A DNA stretch of 64,000 nucleotides from positions 1-64,000 of IMG/VR virus record IMGVR_UViG_3300035698_010625. The stretch is one strand, 5' to 3'. A program made the translations under genes and the position numbers. The notes beneath the pieces are model-generated. The model searched no databases and had not been told where the DNA came from. It was given only the letters and a program-made list of their open reading frames with translations. Source of the DNA: a virus. This document shows positions 1 through 10,070 of this stretch, one piece after another (the first letter of the stretch is position 1; each line of letters opens with the position of its first letter).

Positions 1-1029
1 ACTTTAGATGTTGTTGGAGTTGCTACATTTTCAAATACGATTAATGTTAGAAATAATAGTGCTGGAATTATACTTGAACAAGCTAATAATACTGTTGATG
101 CACAAGTCTGGAAAATGGAAGTTGAAGATGGTGCCTTAAAGATAAGGTCTTATGAGGATGATGAAACAACACTCGTAGCAACTGCTCTTGACATTGCACA
201 TAGTGGCGCTATTACATCTGCGGCGAGTAATTTAATCACCCAAGGTAATTATGGGTTTGCAATAACACGAGCTAGTACTACTACATTAACTATTGGTGCT
301 GGAGGGTGTTGGGATAGTACAGAATCTTATTACTTTACTGTCTCTGAACTCACTGGATGTTCTGGATCAGCTGGTGCTTGGGTAGCTGGAAGTACCCAAG
401 ATAAAATGGATAGTGGTCTTGTAATGCCAGTAAATGCTGTTCTTTATTTATATGCGATGATGAAAGATAGTGATGAAAGTGGAGATGTTATTTTTAGTGC
501 ATCTACTACATGGGCTGGAGTAACTAAACCTTCTGGATATACTTATGGCCGGCGCATTGGCGCAGTTGCAACAAGTGGTACACCGACTTTTCTTGATTTT
601 CATGAAGTAGCTGGTGTTTATTCGTTCAGATCGTCACAGACCCAATGGTATTATACAGGGTTTCCATACGAAAATCCAACGCTACCAATTATGGTATCTG
701 TAAACATACCAGCAGCACCCGCAGATTCACTTGCTTTTCTTACAGCTAATCACTTTGAAGCAACCCCCAACTTTCAAATGCGCATATATTTAGGAACATC
801 AGATACTATAGCTACAGTTGCTGCAGGCGGGGATTTAATAGCTTGGCTATATCAAAGCACTAATGTGTTATATACCAATTGTGGTACAAAAAATATATTA
901 GTTGATTCAAATTCTAACGTTGGCTCACAAATATGGGTATATGCAGCTACGAGTTCTACCAATACACAGTGGGCTATAGCTATATCAGGTTATGACCTTA
1001 TTGATAGATTTCAGGAGTTAAACGCATAA
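1..1029 (+). CDS. tail fibre / virion structural protein, C-terminal part (frame is open from base 1)
   Basis: Frame open from window start; Thr/Ser/Gly/Ala-rich beta composition; GYTYGRRIG segment resembles phage fibre tips; late-gene context. Confidence 0.6.
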   Translation, partial: TLDVVGVATFSNTINVRNNSAGIILEQANNTVDAQVWKMEVEDGALKIRSYEDDETTLVATALDIAHSGAITSAASNLITQGNYGFAITRASTTTLTIGAGGCWDSTESYYFTVSELTGCSGSAGAWVAGSTQDKMDSGLVMPVNAVLYLYAMMKDSDESGDVIFSASTTWAGVTKPSGYTYGRRIGAVATSGTPTFLDFHEVAGVYSFRSSQTQWYYTGFPYENPTLPIMVSVNIPAAPADSLAFLTANHFEATPNFQMRIYLGTSDTIATVAAGGDLIAWLYQSTNVLYTNCGTKNILVDSNSNVGSQIWVYAATSSTNTQWAIAISGYDLIDRFQELNA

Positions 1030-1517
1030 TGAGTACTAAAGCATATCTTGACGCGGATGATTTTTTAATAGAATTTGGATCAAGTAAAAATGATATACCT
1101 ACGGGAGCAGTGACTACACTTAATGATCCACCATCGCCACCATGGATTATTGAATTTGGTTTATCTCATAAATGGAATGGTACTGACTGGGATCAAGCTA
1201 ATCGAAACCCACCAGTCGATCAGCGAATTCAATTAGTTAAAGATAGCAAAACAGAAGCATACAATCGCATCATTGCAGTTTATCCAGAATGGAAACAGCG
1301 TAATCTAACAGCAGAAGCATTAGAACTTGTAGACATTGGTGGAAGTCGAACTTCTGCTCAAACAACTAGATTAAATGAAATACGGGCTGTATGGGCATGG
1401 GTTGAAACTGTGCGTGATGCGTCAGATACTATTCAAGCTGAAATTGCTTTTCTTAGTGATGCTGCTCTTGCTTCATATGATATTTCTGGACACGTAAGTT
1501 GGCCCAATAATCCGTAA
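1029..1517 (+). CDS. putative tail fibre assembly/chaperone protein
   Basis: Coupled (TAATG) to fibre gene; KWNGTDW motif, helical C-terminus ending WP, typical of fibre-assembly proteins. Confidence 0.5.
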   Translation: MSTKAYLDADDFLIEFGSSKNDIPTGAVTTLNDPPSPPWIIEFGLSHKWNGTDWDQANRNPPVDQRIQLVKDSKTEAYNRIIAVYPEWKQRNLTAEALELVDIGGSRTSAQTTRLNEIRAVWAWVETVRDASDTIQAEIAFLSDAALASYDISGHVSWPNNP

Positions 1518-1533
1518 AACCAGAGTTCTAACT

Positions 1534-1541
1534 TATAAATA
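1534..1541 (+). promoter_or_regulatory. T4-type late promoter TATAAATA
   Basis: Exact consensus in intergenic gap; gp55 encoded in window. Confidence 0.85.
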
Positions 1542-1574
1542 AACTATACCTTTAAACATATAAGCGACTGCCAA

Positions 1575-1883
1575 ATGCCTGAAGAACACATCCAAACAGC
1601 AGCGATTGATATGAATAGGCAGTTAGACTTAATTGCGTCAGTGTCGAAAATTGAAGAACGTACAGGAAGTATGCAAGAAGATGTCCGGAAACTCGGACAC
1701 TCAATAGAAATTCTAAGAATAGACATTGAGAAAAACTTTGTTACTAGAGATGAATTCGCACCTATTAAAGAAAAATTTGTATCTAAAGATCAATTCGAAC
1801 CAGTAAGAAATCTAGTTTATGGTGGTGCAATTCTTCTTCTCACAGCAGTTGTAACAGCTATAGTAGGTTTAATCATTCCATGA
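1575..1883 (+). CDS. coiled-coil protein with C-terminal TM helix (holin/XhlA-like?)
   Basis: Hydrophobic C-terminus LVYGGAILLLTAVVTAIVGLII; late promoter upstream. Confidence 0.4.
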   Translation: MPEEHIQTAAIDMNRQLDLIASVSKIEERTGSMQEDVRKLGHSIEILRIDIEKNFVTRDEFAPIKEKFVSKDQFEPVRNLVYGGAILLLTAVVTAIVGLIIP

Positions 1884-2359
1884 AAATACTAGATAAGTTA
1901 CTACACCCAAGAGTTGCTACATCTTTTGCATATGTAACTTTAATGGTTTTAACAATTGTTATTGGATCATTTCTCTGGATATTAGAACAAGATATAAATT
2001 TTGTCCCTATTCAAGATGTTACTACCCAAGCAGTAACTGTTAAACCTGGTGAAATCGCAAGAATAATATTCACCTATACTAGAATGCAAATACCGCGTAA
2101 ATTAGTTATTGATAGTAGAACTCTAGTGTGTGATGATGGTACGCAATGGAATGTTGAATCTCTAGTAGAATTAAATTCTTCTTGGCCAAGTGGAGTTAAT
2201 CAAAAAGCTACTGTAGCTATAGATATTCCAACAAATGTCAGTAGTCCCCAAACCTGTTATTATTCTTCACAGGTTTGGTATTATCGCTACATACTTCCAC
2301 CATTGCTAGTTAAAATGCCACCTAGTAGTACACTTATATTCATTGAAGAGACTGACTAA
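1880..2359 (+). CDS. membrane-anchored hypothetical protein (N-terminal TM, two Cys)
   Basis: ATGA overlap with previous gene; one TM helix then beta-rich domain. Confidence 0.5.
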   Translation: MKILDKLLHPRVATSFAYVTLMVLTIVIGSFLWILEQDINFVPIQDVTTQAVTVKPGEIARIIFTYTRMQIPRKLVIDSRTLVCDDGTQWNVESLVELNSSWPSGVNQKATVAIDIPTNVSSPQTCYYSSQVWYYRYILPPLLVKMPPSSTLIFIEETD

Positions 2360-3093
2360 TGTTTGCACATCAATTTGATCATTCTTTAGTTCGCAAATAT
2401 GTGATTGCTTTTGGAAATCTATTTAACGATATCATTATCCAGCGATACAATCAAGCTGGTGTGAAACAGGATACTATTGCAGTACCGTTATCATATTCCC
2501 CTAAAGAAAAGGCTCTAGCAAGGTTAAACGCAGATCCAGATTTGGATCAAGCAGTAGCGATTACATTACCACGTATCAGTTTTGAAATGAATGGATGGAC
2601 ACCAGATCCAGAAAGACAACTTCCAGCATCTCTTAGAAATTTCAGTGTAAACCCACTAAAGCAAAATACTGTGCAGTCACAATTCGTTGCTGTACCTTAT
2701 GATATTTCATTTTCTATGTCAGTGTTTGCTAAATATTCTAGAGATGGAAATCAAATCATCGAACAGATTCTACCATACTTTAGACCTGAGTTTACTACTA
2801 CACTGAATCTCATTCCAGAAATGGGTATGGTAATAGATTGCCCAGTTATTTTACAGAGTGCTATACCATCTGAAATTTATGAAGGTGATTTTGAATCTCG
2901 CCAAGCATGGACATTCGATATTGAATTTCTCATGAAAGCATACTTCTTCGGGCCTGTTACGACCAAAGGTGTCATAAATAGAGTAATAGTCGATGTTCAT
3001 GATGGTCTTATAGATGGTTCGCCAATAGCCCAAAGAATGACTATTGATTCTTCTAACAACGTTTCCATTAACGCATACGGGTACGGATACTAA
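2359..3093 (+). CDS. gp15: tail sheath stabilizer/terminator protein (T4 gp15-like)
   Basis: RKYVIAFGNLFNDI, VPLSYSPKEK, LPRISFE, QIIEQILPYF motifs. Confidence 0.9.
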   Translation: MFAHQFDHSLVRKYVIAFGNLFNDIIIQRYNQAGVKQDTIAVPLSYSPKEKALARLNADPDLDQAVAITLPRISFEMNGWTPDPERQLPASLRNFSVNPLKQNTVQSQFVAVPYDISFSMSVFAKYSRDGNQIIEQILPYFRPEFTTTLNLIPEMGMVIDCPVILQSAIPSEIYEGDFESRQAWTFDIEFLMKAYFFGPVTTKGVINRVIVDVHDGLIDGSPIAQRMTIDSSNNVSINAYGYGY

Positions 3094-3842
3094 TGGCTAC
3101 ACCTACAACACGAATTCAATTTCGCGAATATATCCTTCGTAGACTAGGTAAGCCAGTCCTCGAGGTTAATGTAAGTCCGGAACAAATTGACGATCGTATC
3201 GACGACGCACTAAGATTCTGGCAAGATTATCACTATAACGGTAGTTCACGTGTACTATATAAGCATGTAGTATTAGCAGCTGACATTACCAATGGATACT
3301 TAACACTCCCTGATACCTTCGTAGGTGTAGTACGCGTAGTCCCATTTTCATCTTCATGGAGTGGTGCGGGCGGAGTCTTTAGTGCTCAATATCAGTTACA
3401 TTTAAATGAAGCATTCTATCAAGTACAATCTTCAATGTTACCTTACTATGTTGCACAGCTTCATATGGCAAATGTTGATGAAATGTTTAACACTGAACCA
3501 ATGCATGAGTACAAACGCCACAGTAATCAGCTTACCGTTCACATGGATTGGGTTACAAAACAAACAGCTGGACAGTATATGATCATTGATGGATATACTA
3601 AAACATCTCCAGATACAGTAACTGATGCAGAAGGTTGGAGTGATCATGACCTCCAGCGCCTTGCTACAGCATACACGAAGCGTCAATGGGGAGAAAATCT
3701 TTCAAAATTTAGTGGTGTTCAATTGCTTGGTGGAATGACAATGAATGGAGAAAGAATTTTCCAAGAAGCACAAAATGAAATCGAATTACTTGAGAAAGAA
3801 TTCAAAGAAAACTATAACATTCCTGGGGACTTCATAGGATAA
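3093..3842 (+). CDS. gp13: neck protein (T4 gp13-like)
   Basis: YILRRLGKPVLEVNV, QWGENLSKFSGVQLLGG motifs. Confidence 0.92.
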   Translation: MATPTTRIQFREYILRRLGKPVLEVNVSPEQIDDRIDDALRFWQDYHYNGSSRVLYKHVVLAADITNGYLTLPDTFVGVVRVVPFSSSWSGAGGVFSAQYQLHLNEAFYQVQSSMLPYYVAQLHMANVDEMFNTEPMHEYKRHSNQLTVHMDWVTKQTAGQYMIIDGYTKTSPDTVTDAEGWSDHDLQRLATAYTKRQWGENLSKFSGVQLLGGMTMNGERIFQEAQNEIELLEKEFKENYNIPGDFIG

Positions 3843-4633
3843 TGCCTCTTAATCCGTGGTTTTCAAATCATTCTCATGAAGGACAGCAAAGTCTTATTGA
3901 GGATCTAGTGATTGAGTCTATCAAAATTCATGGGCAAGAGATTAGATATCTTCCACGCACTATAGTAGATGAAGATAAGATTTTTGGTGAAGATAGATTC
4001 TCAACATTTGATGCAGCTTCATCTATTGAAATGTATCCACGAAACATCGATGGTTTTGAAGGTGAGGGTGATTTCTTATCTCGCTTTGACATTGAAATCA
4101 GAGACACTATAACATTCACTGTTTCAAAGAAAAGATTCTTACAGCATCGTACAGAAGGTGTACTACAACAGAGTGGTTATAACCTTCTGCAGCAGGATGG
4201 CGCAAAAGTTCTACTTCAGGGTAACAATGGTGATGGATATAACATTACATCATCTCGTCCATTAGAAGGTGATCTGATTTATTGGCCACGACTTGATAAA
4301 GTGTATGAAATCAAATTCGTTGAGCATGAGAGCATATTCTATCAAGGTGGCGCACTTCAGACGTATGACGTACGCTGCGAATTATTCGAATATAGTAATG
4401 AAGGTATTAATACTGGTGTGGCAGAGATTGATGACATTGAAACTGAGAATACACAAGATATTCTGTTATATGAGATTCTACAACAAGACGGATCAAAAAT
4501 CTTACAGCAGTCTGGTGGATCAATTCTTATGGAACTCGGATTTAGTAAGAACGCCCAAAACAATGAAATTGAAGCAGCTACAGTGGGTTTGGTCGACTTC
4601 AGTGAAGATAATCCTTTTGCAGAGGACTTTTAA
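3842..4633 (+). CDS. gp14: neck protein (T4 gp14-like)
   Basis: LIEDLVIESIKIHG, YLPR, RPLEGDLIY, C-terminal DFSEDNPF. Confidence 0.92.
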   Translation: MPLNPWFSNHSHEGQQSLIEDLVIESIKIHGQEIRYLPRTIVDEDKIFGEDRFSTFDAASSIEMYPRNIDGFEGEGDFLSRFDIEIRDTITFTVSKKRFLQHRTEGVLQQSGYNLLQQDGAKVLLQGNNGDGYNITSSRPLEGDLIYWPRLDKVYEIKFVEHESIFYQGGALQTYDVRCELFEYSNEGINTGVAEIDDIETENTQDILLYEILQQDGSKILQQSGGSILMELGFSKNAQNNEIEAATVGLVDFSEDNPFAEDF

Positions 4634-4704
4634 AGCATATAAGGTATCATTGACAGTGATTATAGTGTAAAATAGTTATATGGTACTCCATTAAAGAGAA
4701 TATT

Positions 4705-5835
4705 ATGCAAACAATTGATTTTTTCATGGATCTCCCAGATGATCTATTTCCAATTTTTGAAATGTTTAAAGATGCTGATGCAGAACTCTATGTAGTTGGT
4801 GGTGCTGTACGAGACGCTCTTCTTGGTGAAACACCAAAGGACTTCGATCTCGTCACAAACGTTGAACCTGACGTAGTGCTTGAAATGGCACGAAAAGAAG
4901 GTATACACACAACTGCAGTAGGTAAAGCATTTGGAGTTGTCATTGTAAACGGCCATGAGATTGCTACTTTCAGAAAAGATATTGGAAGTGGTAGGCGCCC
5001 AGATTCAGTAGAATTTACTGATATTAACGGCGACGTCTCACGTAGGGATTTAACGATTAATGCACTCTTCTATGACACTGTTAAATGTCAGATTGTTGAC
5101 TTAGTTGGTGGGCTGGATGACCTTCTGGGCGTGGATAACGCAGATAGTCCACTCATCCGAACGGTGGGTGACCCCGCTGAAAGATTTGGGGAAGATCATC
5201 TTCGTAAGCTGCGCGCTGTGCGCTTTACTGCTTCTCTTGCAGGGAAGATGGATGATGACACGTTTACTGCAATCTGCAATAATCCGATGCTCGAAGGCGT
5301 TTCGCCAGAACGTATACGAGATGAGTTCATTAAAGGTTACATTAAAGCAGATAATAAAACAGTATATTTGAAATTGCTTCATTCAACTAGGTTAATGAAT
5401 TATATTTGGCCTACTCTGTGGGAAGTAAATTGGAATTGGGTGTTTGATGCCCTTTTCAATGTAGTCTTCGAAGATTGGAGATTACAACTTGCTGCAATGT
5501 TTGTTGGTACACCAGCAGATATGTTGAAGGACGAACTATTAAAGCTGAAATACAGTAAAGCTGAAGTATACGATATTTGCTTATTGCAGAGCCTTGACCG
5601 TTATGATTACAAAGATATTGTATCAATGAAAAAACGGTTGTCCCACACAACTCTTAGTAATGAGGATATCCTTCTATATGTGCATGACAAAAAGAAACTC
5701 AACAACTTACTGAATTTCGTGCTTACTGTAAAGGGTGGAGATGTAATGGCAGAAGGCTTTGTTGGCCCTGCAATTGCAACAGAAGTTAACCGAAGAGAAT
5801 TAGAACTATTTAGGAAAATGGATGAAGACTTTTAA
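4705..5835 (+). CDS. cca: class II tRNA nucleotidyltransferase (CCA-adding enzyme)
   Basis: VGGAVRD..KDFD catalytic motif, RRDLTINAL, EDHLRKLRAVRF (EDxxR templating motif), SPERIRDE. Confidence 0.85.
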   Translation: MQTIDFFMDLPDDLFPIFEMFKDADAELYVVGGAVRDALLGETPKDFDLVTNVEPDVVLEMARKEGIHTTAVGKAFGVVIVNGHEIATFRKDIGSGRRPDSVEFTDINGDVSRRDLTINALFYDTVKCQIVDLVGGLDDLLGVDNADSPLIRTVGDPAERFGEDHLRKLRAVRFTASLAGKMDDDTFTAICNNPMLEGVSPERIRDEFIKGYIKADNKTVYLKLLHSTRLMNYIWPTLWEVNWNWVFDALFNVVFEDWRLQLAAMFVGTPADMLKDELLKLKYSKAEVYDICLLQSLDRYDYKDIVSMKKRLSHTTLSNEDILLYVHDKKKLNNLLNFVLTVKGGDVMAEGFVGPAIATEVNRRELELFRKMDEDF

Positions 5836-6232
5836 GCAACTAAACGAATCAAAGAAGCAGGGCTACTTCGCAGTAATCCTCGATAAGCCAAGTCAAAAGA
5901 AAGTTCGTGCTTATGCTTCTTTTGAAGTCATTGATAGTAATCATATGACAGTTGCTTTTACTCCACCTTTAGAAGTATATGAAAATCTCATTAAGAATCA
6001 GGGGACTATTGTCGAGTTACGTTCACAGAGTTATTTAGAAAATGACAACATTGGAGCACTGATGATTTCACGCTCATCAGTAACACGATACGACGATAGT
6101 CCCGCTCACATAACCGTATCTAGAAAGGCTGGAGTGAGTGGAAAAGACGCTAAGAAATTACCAAGTACACACACAAAGAAACAACAAGCTGCTCATAATT
6201 TGCGTGGCAAACTACAATGGATCACGTTATGA
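5822..6232 (+). CDS. 2H phosphoesterase (cyclic phosphodiesterase fold) with capsid-targeting-like N-terminus
   Basis: Two HxT motifs (HMTVAF, HITVS); starts MKTFKQLNE. Confidence 0.65.
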   Translation: MKTFKQLNESKKQGYFAVILDKPSQKKVRAYASFEVIDSNHMTVAFTPPLEVYENLIKNQGTIVELRSQSYLENDNIGALMISRSSVTRYDDSPAHITVSRKAGVSGKDAKKLPSTHTKKQQAAHNLRGKLQWITL

Positions 6233-6777
6233 AGTCGTTTGATGAGTACATTACCGAATCACCACTGAAAGCTCTGCGATACGCTAAGAAACAACACAGT
6301 GGACAGACAAGATCTGATGGATCACCTTACATTAAACACCCTATGCGTGTTGCTAGATATTTACGTGATTTCAAAGCGTCAAAACAGTTGGATAAGTTGA
6401 TACAAGCAGCGTGGTTGCATGACACTATTGAAGACACTGACACGACCCATGAAGATTTAGAAAAGATGTTCGGAGGGCTTGTTGCTTCACTTGTTAAAGA
6501 ACTTACTTCTGATAGTGCTCGCATTAAAGAAATCGGAAAAACTGCTTACATGCAGGACAAGATGAAGCATATGTCTTCTTGGGCGCTTGCTATTAAGCTT
6601 GTAGATAGGCTTGATAACGTTCAAGATATCGCTACTGCGCGTACACCTGAATGGCGGGCTAAATATAAGAAACAAACACTCGATGTTATGGCTACACTAG
6701 AGAAGGATAGAACCCTTAGTGGAACTCATACACGAATCATTACTGCTATCAAGAAAAAATTAAGTGAAGTTGATTGA
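6229..6777 (+). CDS. HD-domain hydrolase, SpoT/Mesh1 ((p)ppGpp hydrolase)-like, capsid-targeting-like N-terminus
   Basis: HSGQTRSDGSPYIKHP, AAWLHDTIEDT, IKLVDRLDN; ATGA-coupled start at 6229 (MKSFDEYITE). Confidence 0.85.
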   Translation: MKSFDEYITESPLKALRYAKKQHSGQTRSDGSPYIKHPMRVARYLRDFKASKQLDKLIQAAWLHDTIEDTDTTHEDLEKMFGGLVASLVKELTSDSARIKEIGKTAYMQDKMKHMSSWALAIKLVDRLDNVQDIATARTPEWRAKYKKQTLDVMATLEKDRTLSGTHTRIITAIKKKLSEVD

Positions 6778-7295
6778 AAACTTTTACTACATTTATGGAA
6801 GGAAAGAAAATGAAAAACTTGGGATATCTCTACTTTGATATGGATGGCGTACTCTGTAATTTTGAGAAGCGCGCTAATGAACTCCTACCTGGAGATTCTT
6901 TCAACTACATTGGTGATAAGGAATGGAAAGTTCTCAATCAAGCAAAAGGTTTTTGGTCTGATTTAGAGTGGATACCTGGTGCTAAAGGTATGATTGAAAA
7001 GATGAAACGGTACAGTCCTAGAATCCTATCAGCATACACTAAGAGCAATCCTTCAGTGTCACAAGATGGCAAAATGAAATGGTTAGCGAAAAACATCCCA
7101 TGGATCAAAAAAGGTAATATCAACCTTGTAGTAAGGCGTGATAAGAAACTTCATGCTATGACTGATGGAAAGGTAAATATACTTATTGACGATGTTGGTG
7201 GAAACATCAAAGAATGGAATGCTGCTGGCGGTATCGGAATTTTGCATACAGAAGTACGCATCACAATGAACACATTAAAGAGGTTGGGTTACTAA
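6774..7295 (+). CDS. HAD-family 5'(3')-deoxyribonucleotidase (NT5C-like)
   Basis: DMDGVL motif I, ILIDD, W..AGGIGILH; starts MKTFTTFME. Confidence 0.8.
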   Translation: MKTFTTFMEGKKMKNLGYLYFDMDGVLCNFEKRANELLPGDSFNYIGDKEWKVLNQAKGFWSDLEWIPGAKGMIEKMKRYSPRILSAYTKSNPSVSQDGKMKWLAKNIPWIKKGNINLVVRRDKKLHAMTDGKVNILIDDVGGNIKEWNAAGGIGILHTEVRITMNTLKRLGY

Positions 7296-7354
7296 TGAAA
7301 ACATTTTCTAATTTTATAAGTGATACTGGTTATGGGAATGCTGGTGAAATTTGA
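7295..7354 (+). CDS. 19-aa micro-ORF MKTFSNFISDTGYGNAGEI (capsid-targeting-like peptide or gene remnant)
   Basis: TAATG-coupled upstream and TGATG-coupled downstream; same MKTF..F motif as neighbours. Confidence 0.45.
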   Translation: MKTFSNFISDTGYGNAGEI

Positions 7355-7779
7355 TGTATGAATATAATTGCACCATAACTAGGCATATCGATGGAGATAG
7401 TGTTGAAGTAGCTATAGATTTAGGTTTTGGTGTATGGCTACTTGAGCAATCAATAAGAGTACACGGATTAGATACACCTGAGTCTAGAACTTCTGACGCT
7501 GAAGAAAAAGTCTTCGGATTGATAGCAAAAGATAAAGCAAAAGTATTACTTCCAATTGGCTCGTCACAAACACTTGTCTCGAAGGCGTTTAAGAAAGGAA
7601 AATTTGGTAGGATTTTGGGTGACTTCAAGTTTACAGAAACCACTTATGCAGAATTCATGATAGAAAATCACTACGGTGTTGCATACTTCGGTCAAAGTAA
7701 AGATGATGTTGCTACAGAACATTTGAAAAACAGAGTTACTCTTTTGAGTAAACCAAAGGATGATGATGGCGAAATTTAA
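7354..7779 (+). CDS. thermonuclease (SNase-like) family protein
   Basis: IDGDS..IDLGF, IRVHGLDTPESRT, GKFGRILG. Confidence 0.85.
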   Translation: MYEYNCTITRHIDGDSVEVAIDLGFGVWLLEQSIRVHGLDTPESRTSDAEEKVFGLIAKDKAKVLLPIGSSQTLVSKAFKKGKFGRILGDFKFTETTYAEFMIENHYGVAYFGQSKDDVATEHLKNRVTLLSKPKDDDGEI

Positions 7780-8215
7780 AGATAACATGACTGAGATATT
7801 CGATCTTCCAGTTGATGATTTTGAAAGTATTGGGAATTTACCAGCAGTTCCAGAAAAACCTGCTACAGAACTAGTTGCTATTAACTCCCGCGATGCCGAT
7901 ATGGAAACGGATTATAAGTTCGCGCGTGAAGTTCTTATTAACACAATCAATGACGCAAGACTCCAATTAGATGAGATTTCACGAGTAGCAGAAGCTACTG
8001 AGCAACCCCGCGCATATGAAGTTGTCGCTAAACTTATAGATACTATTACAAATACTCAAAAAGAGTTAATGGAACTACATAAGAGTATGAACAACCTTAC
8101 TGGTATGTCTAAGTCAGCAAATGAGTCCGGACCTAAATCGATCACTAACAATGCTGTGTTCGTAGGGTCTACAAAGGATCTTGCTGATGCTCTTAAAAGG
8201 CTCCAACAAAGCTAA
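7760..8215 (+). CDS. gp16: terminase small subunit (gp16-like)
   Basis: DYKFARE, PRAYEV, NNAVFVGST; precedes gp17. Confidence 0.88.
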   Translation: MMMAKFKDNMTEIFDLPVDDFESIGNLPAVPEKPATELVAINSRDADMETDYKFAREVLINTINDARLQLDEISRVAEATEQPRAYEVVAKLIDTITNTQKELMELHKSMNNLTGMSKSANESGPKSITNNAVFVGSTKDLADALKRLQQS

Positions 8216-8289
8216 GCATATGCAGGAGGTACAGTATATTATACCAAATTTGGGAAGGCTCTGAAAGGTATATTGCTGACAAAGTATAA

Positions 8290-9990
8290 ATGATTGAAGA
8301 AGATTTAGTTCCAAAGTCGGACATGTTCCGATCTAACCCGCTTTTAAAGAGGGCTAATGTACCTATCTCGTGGACTGACGAGATGTTTCAAGAATATGTT
8401 AAATGCTCTGAAAGTGTTACATATTTCATCAATAATCACATCACCATTATTAACCTTGATGAAGGTCTCATAAAATTTAAGTTATGGGATTTCCAAGATA
8501 AAATGGCGAACACGATTGTTGATAATCGTTTCACTATAATCAAAACTCCACGACAGGCTGGAAAGACTACTACTTCAGCTGCTGTAATTCTTTGGCATGT
8601 ACTGTTTAACTCAAATTACACATGCGCTATTCTAGCTAACAAACTCGCAACATCCATCGAAATCCTTTCTAGAGTGCAGCGCGCTTTTGAAAACTTACCG
8701 AAATGGTTGCAAATTGGTGTAGTTGAATGGAATAAAGGAAGTGTTACACTAGAAAATGGAAGTAGAATTCTAGCATCTGCTACAGCTTCTACTGCTATCC
8801 GTGGATACTCAATCAACTTCCTTTATCTTGACGAATTTGCATTCGTACAACGTGGTCTTCAAGACGACTTCTTCACATCAGTATATCCTACAATTATTTC
8901 TGGTAAAAAGACAAAAGTTGTTATCACTTCAACACCAAACGGTTTCGACCTTTTCTACAAACTCTGGACAGATGCTTCAGAAGGTAGAAACGATTACGTT
9001 CCAGTTCCTGTTTACTGGTCAGACATTCCTGGGCGTGATGAAGAATGGAAAAGGAAGACTATCGCTAATACTAGTGAGAGTCAATTCCGCCAAGAATTTG
9101 AAGCAGAATTTATTGGATCAAGTAACACATTAATTTCTCCAGATGTTCTACGCCGACTTGCTTTTACTACACCTATGCTTGAAGAGTATAAAGGTGCACT
9201 GAGAATCTATGAAGAACCCGAAGTAGGGCGGACATATTTCTGCACTGTTGATACATCACGAGGAGTGGGTATCGATAACTCAGCCTTCATAGTGTATGAT
9301 TTAACGGAATATCCTTTCAGAGTAGTTGCTGCTTATTCAGATAATCTCATTGATCCTTTACTATATCCAGACATTATTTTCCAAGTAGTGAAGTGGTACA
9401 ATCAAGCATTTACTCTCATAGAAATAAATGACAACGGCCAACAAATTGCTGACATTCTCCATAACGATCTAGAATATGAGTACGTAGTATTCACATCTAC
9501 TAAAGGTCGAGCAGGACAAGTTATCGGTGGTGGTTTCTCTGGATCATCTCAAAAAGGCGTAAGAACAACCAAAGCAGTTAAACGAATTGGTTGTGCTAAC
9601 GTTAGATCAATGATTGAAAACGATCAGCTAATGTTGCATGACTATGAATTGATCCGAGAATTTTCAACGTTTATTGTTAGTAAAGATTCTTATGAAGCAG
9701 AAGAAGGAGCTAAAGACGATTTAGTAATCTGCTGTGTACTCCTTGCTTGGGCTTCTGAACAGGAATTCTTTAAAGATATTACGAACACAAACTTTAGACA
9801 GAAGCTTCTAGAGCAACGTGCAGATTCAATTTATGATTCAAGTACTCCTTTTGGATTCATGCCAGATCACGCTGATTATTTTGAACAACAATTAGAATCT
9901 GAGCAGCTTATGCAGAAATTTGGACTTGGTGGATTTAGTACTGGTGATGATGGAGACGGATTTAATGGTAGTGGGTTTGAACAATGGTAA
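8290..9990 (+). CDS. gp17: terminase large subunit (gp17-like)
   Basis: RQAGKTT Walker A, YLDEFAF Walker B, STPNG, DDLV nuclease motif. Confidence 0.97.
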   Translation: MIEEDLVPKSDMFRSNPLLKRANVPISWTDEMFQEYVKCSESVTYFINNHITIINLDEGLIKFKLWDFQDKMANTIVDNRFTIIKTPRQAGKTTTSAAVILWHVLFNSNYTCAILANKLATSIEILSRVQRAFENLPKWLQIGVVEWNKGSVTLENGSRILASATASTAIRGYSINFLYLDEFAFVQRGLQDDFFTSVYPTIISGKKTKVVITSTPNGFDLFYKLWTDASEGRNDYVPVPVYWSDIPGRDEEWKRKTIANTSESQFRQEFEAEFIGSSNTLISPDVLRRLAFTTPMLEEYKGALRIYEEPEVGRTYFCTVDTSRGVGIDNSAFIVYDLTEYPFRVVAAYSDNLIDPLLYPDIIFQVVKWYNQAFTLIEINDNGQQIADILHNDLEYEYVVFTSTKGRAGQVIGGGFSGSSQKGVRTTKAVKRIGCANVRSMIENDQLMLHDYELIREFSTFIVSKDSYEAEEGAKDDLVICCVLLAWASEQEFFKDITNTNFRQKLLEQRADSIYDSSTPFGFMPDHADYFEQQLESEQLMQKFGLGGFSTGDDGDGFNGSGFEQW

Positions 9991-10001
9991 ATCACTTTTC
10001 T

Positions 10002-10009
10002 TATAAATA
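10002..10009 (+). promoter_or_regulatory. T4-type late promoter
   Basis: TATAAATA upstream of gp18. Confidence 0.85.
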
Positions 10010-10070
10010 CAATTAAAGCTACTAACCGCTTTCAATAACAACAAAAATAATCACCACGGGGAGATGAATT

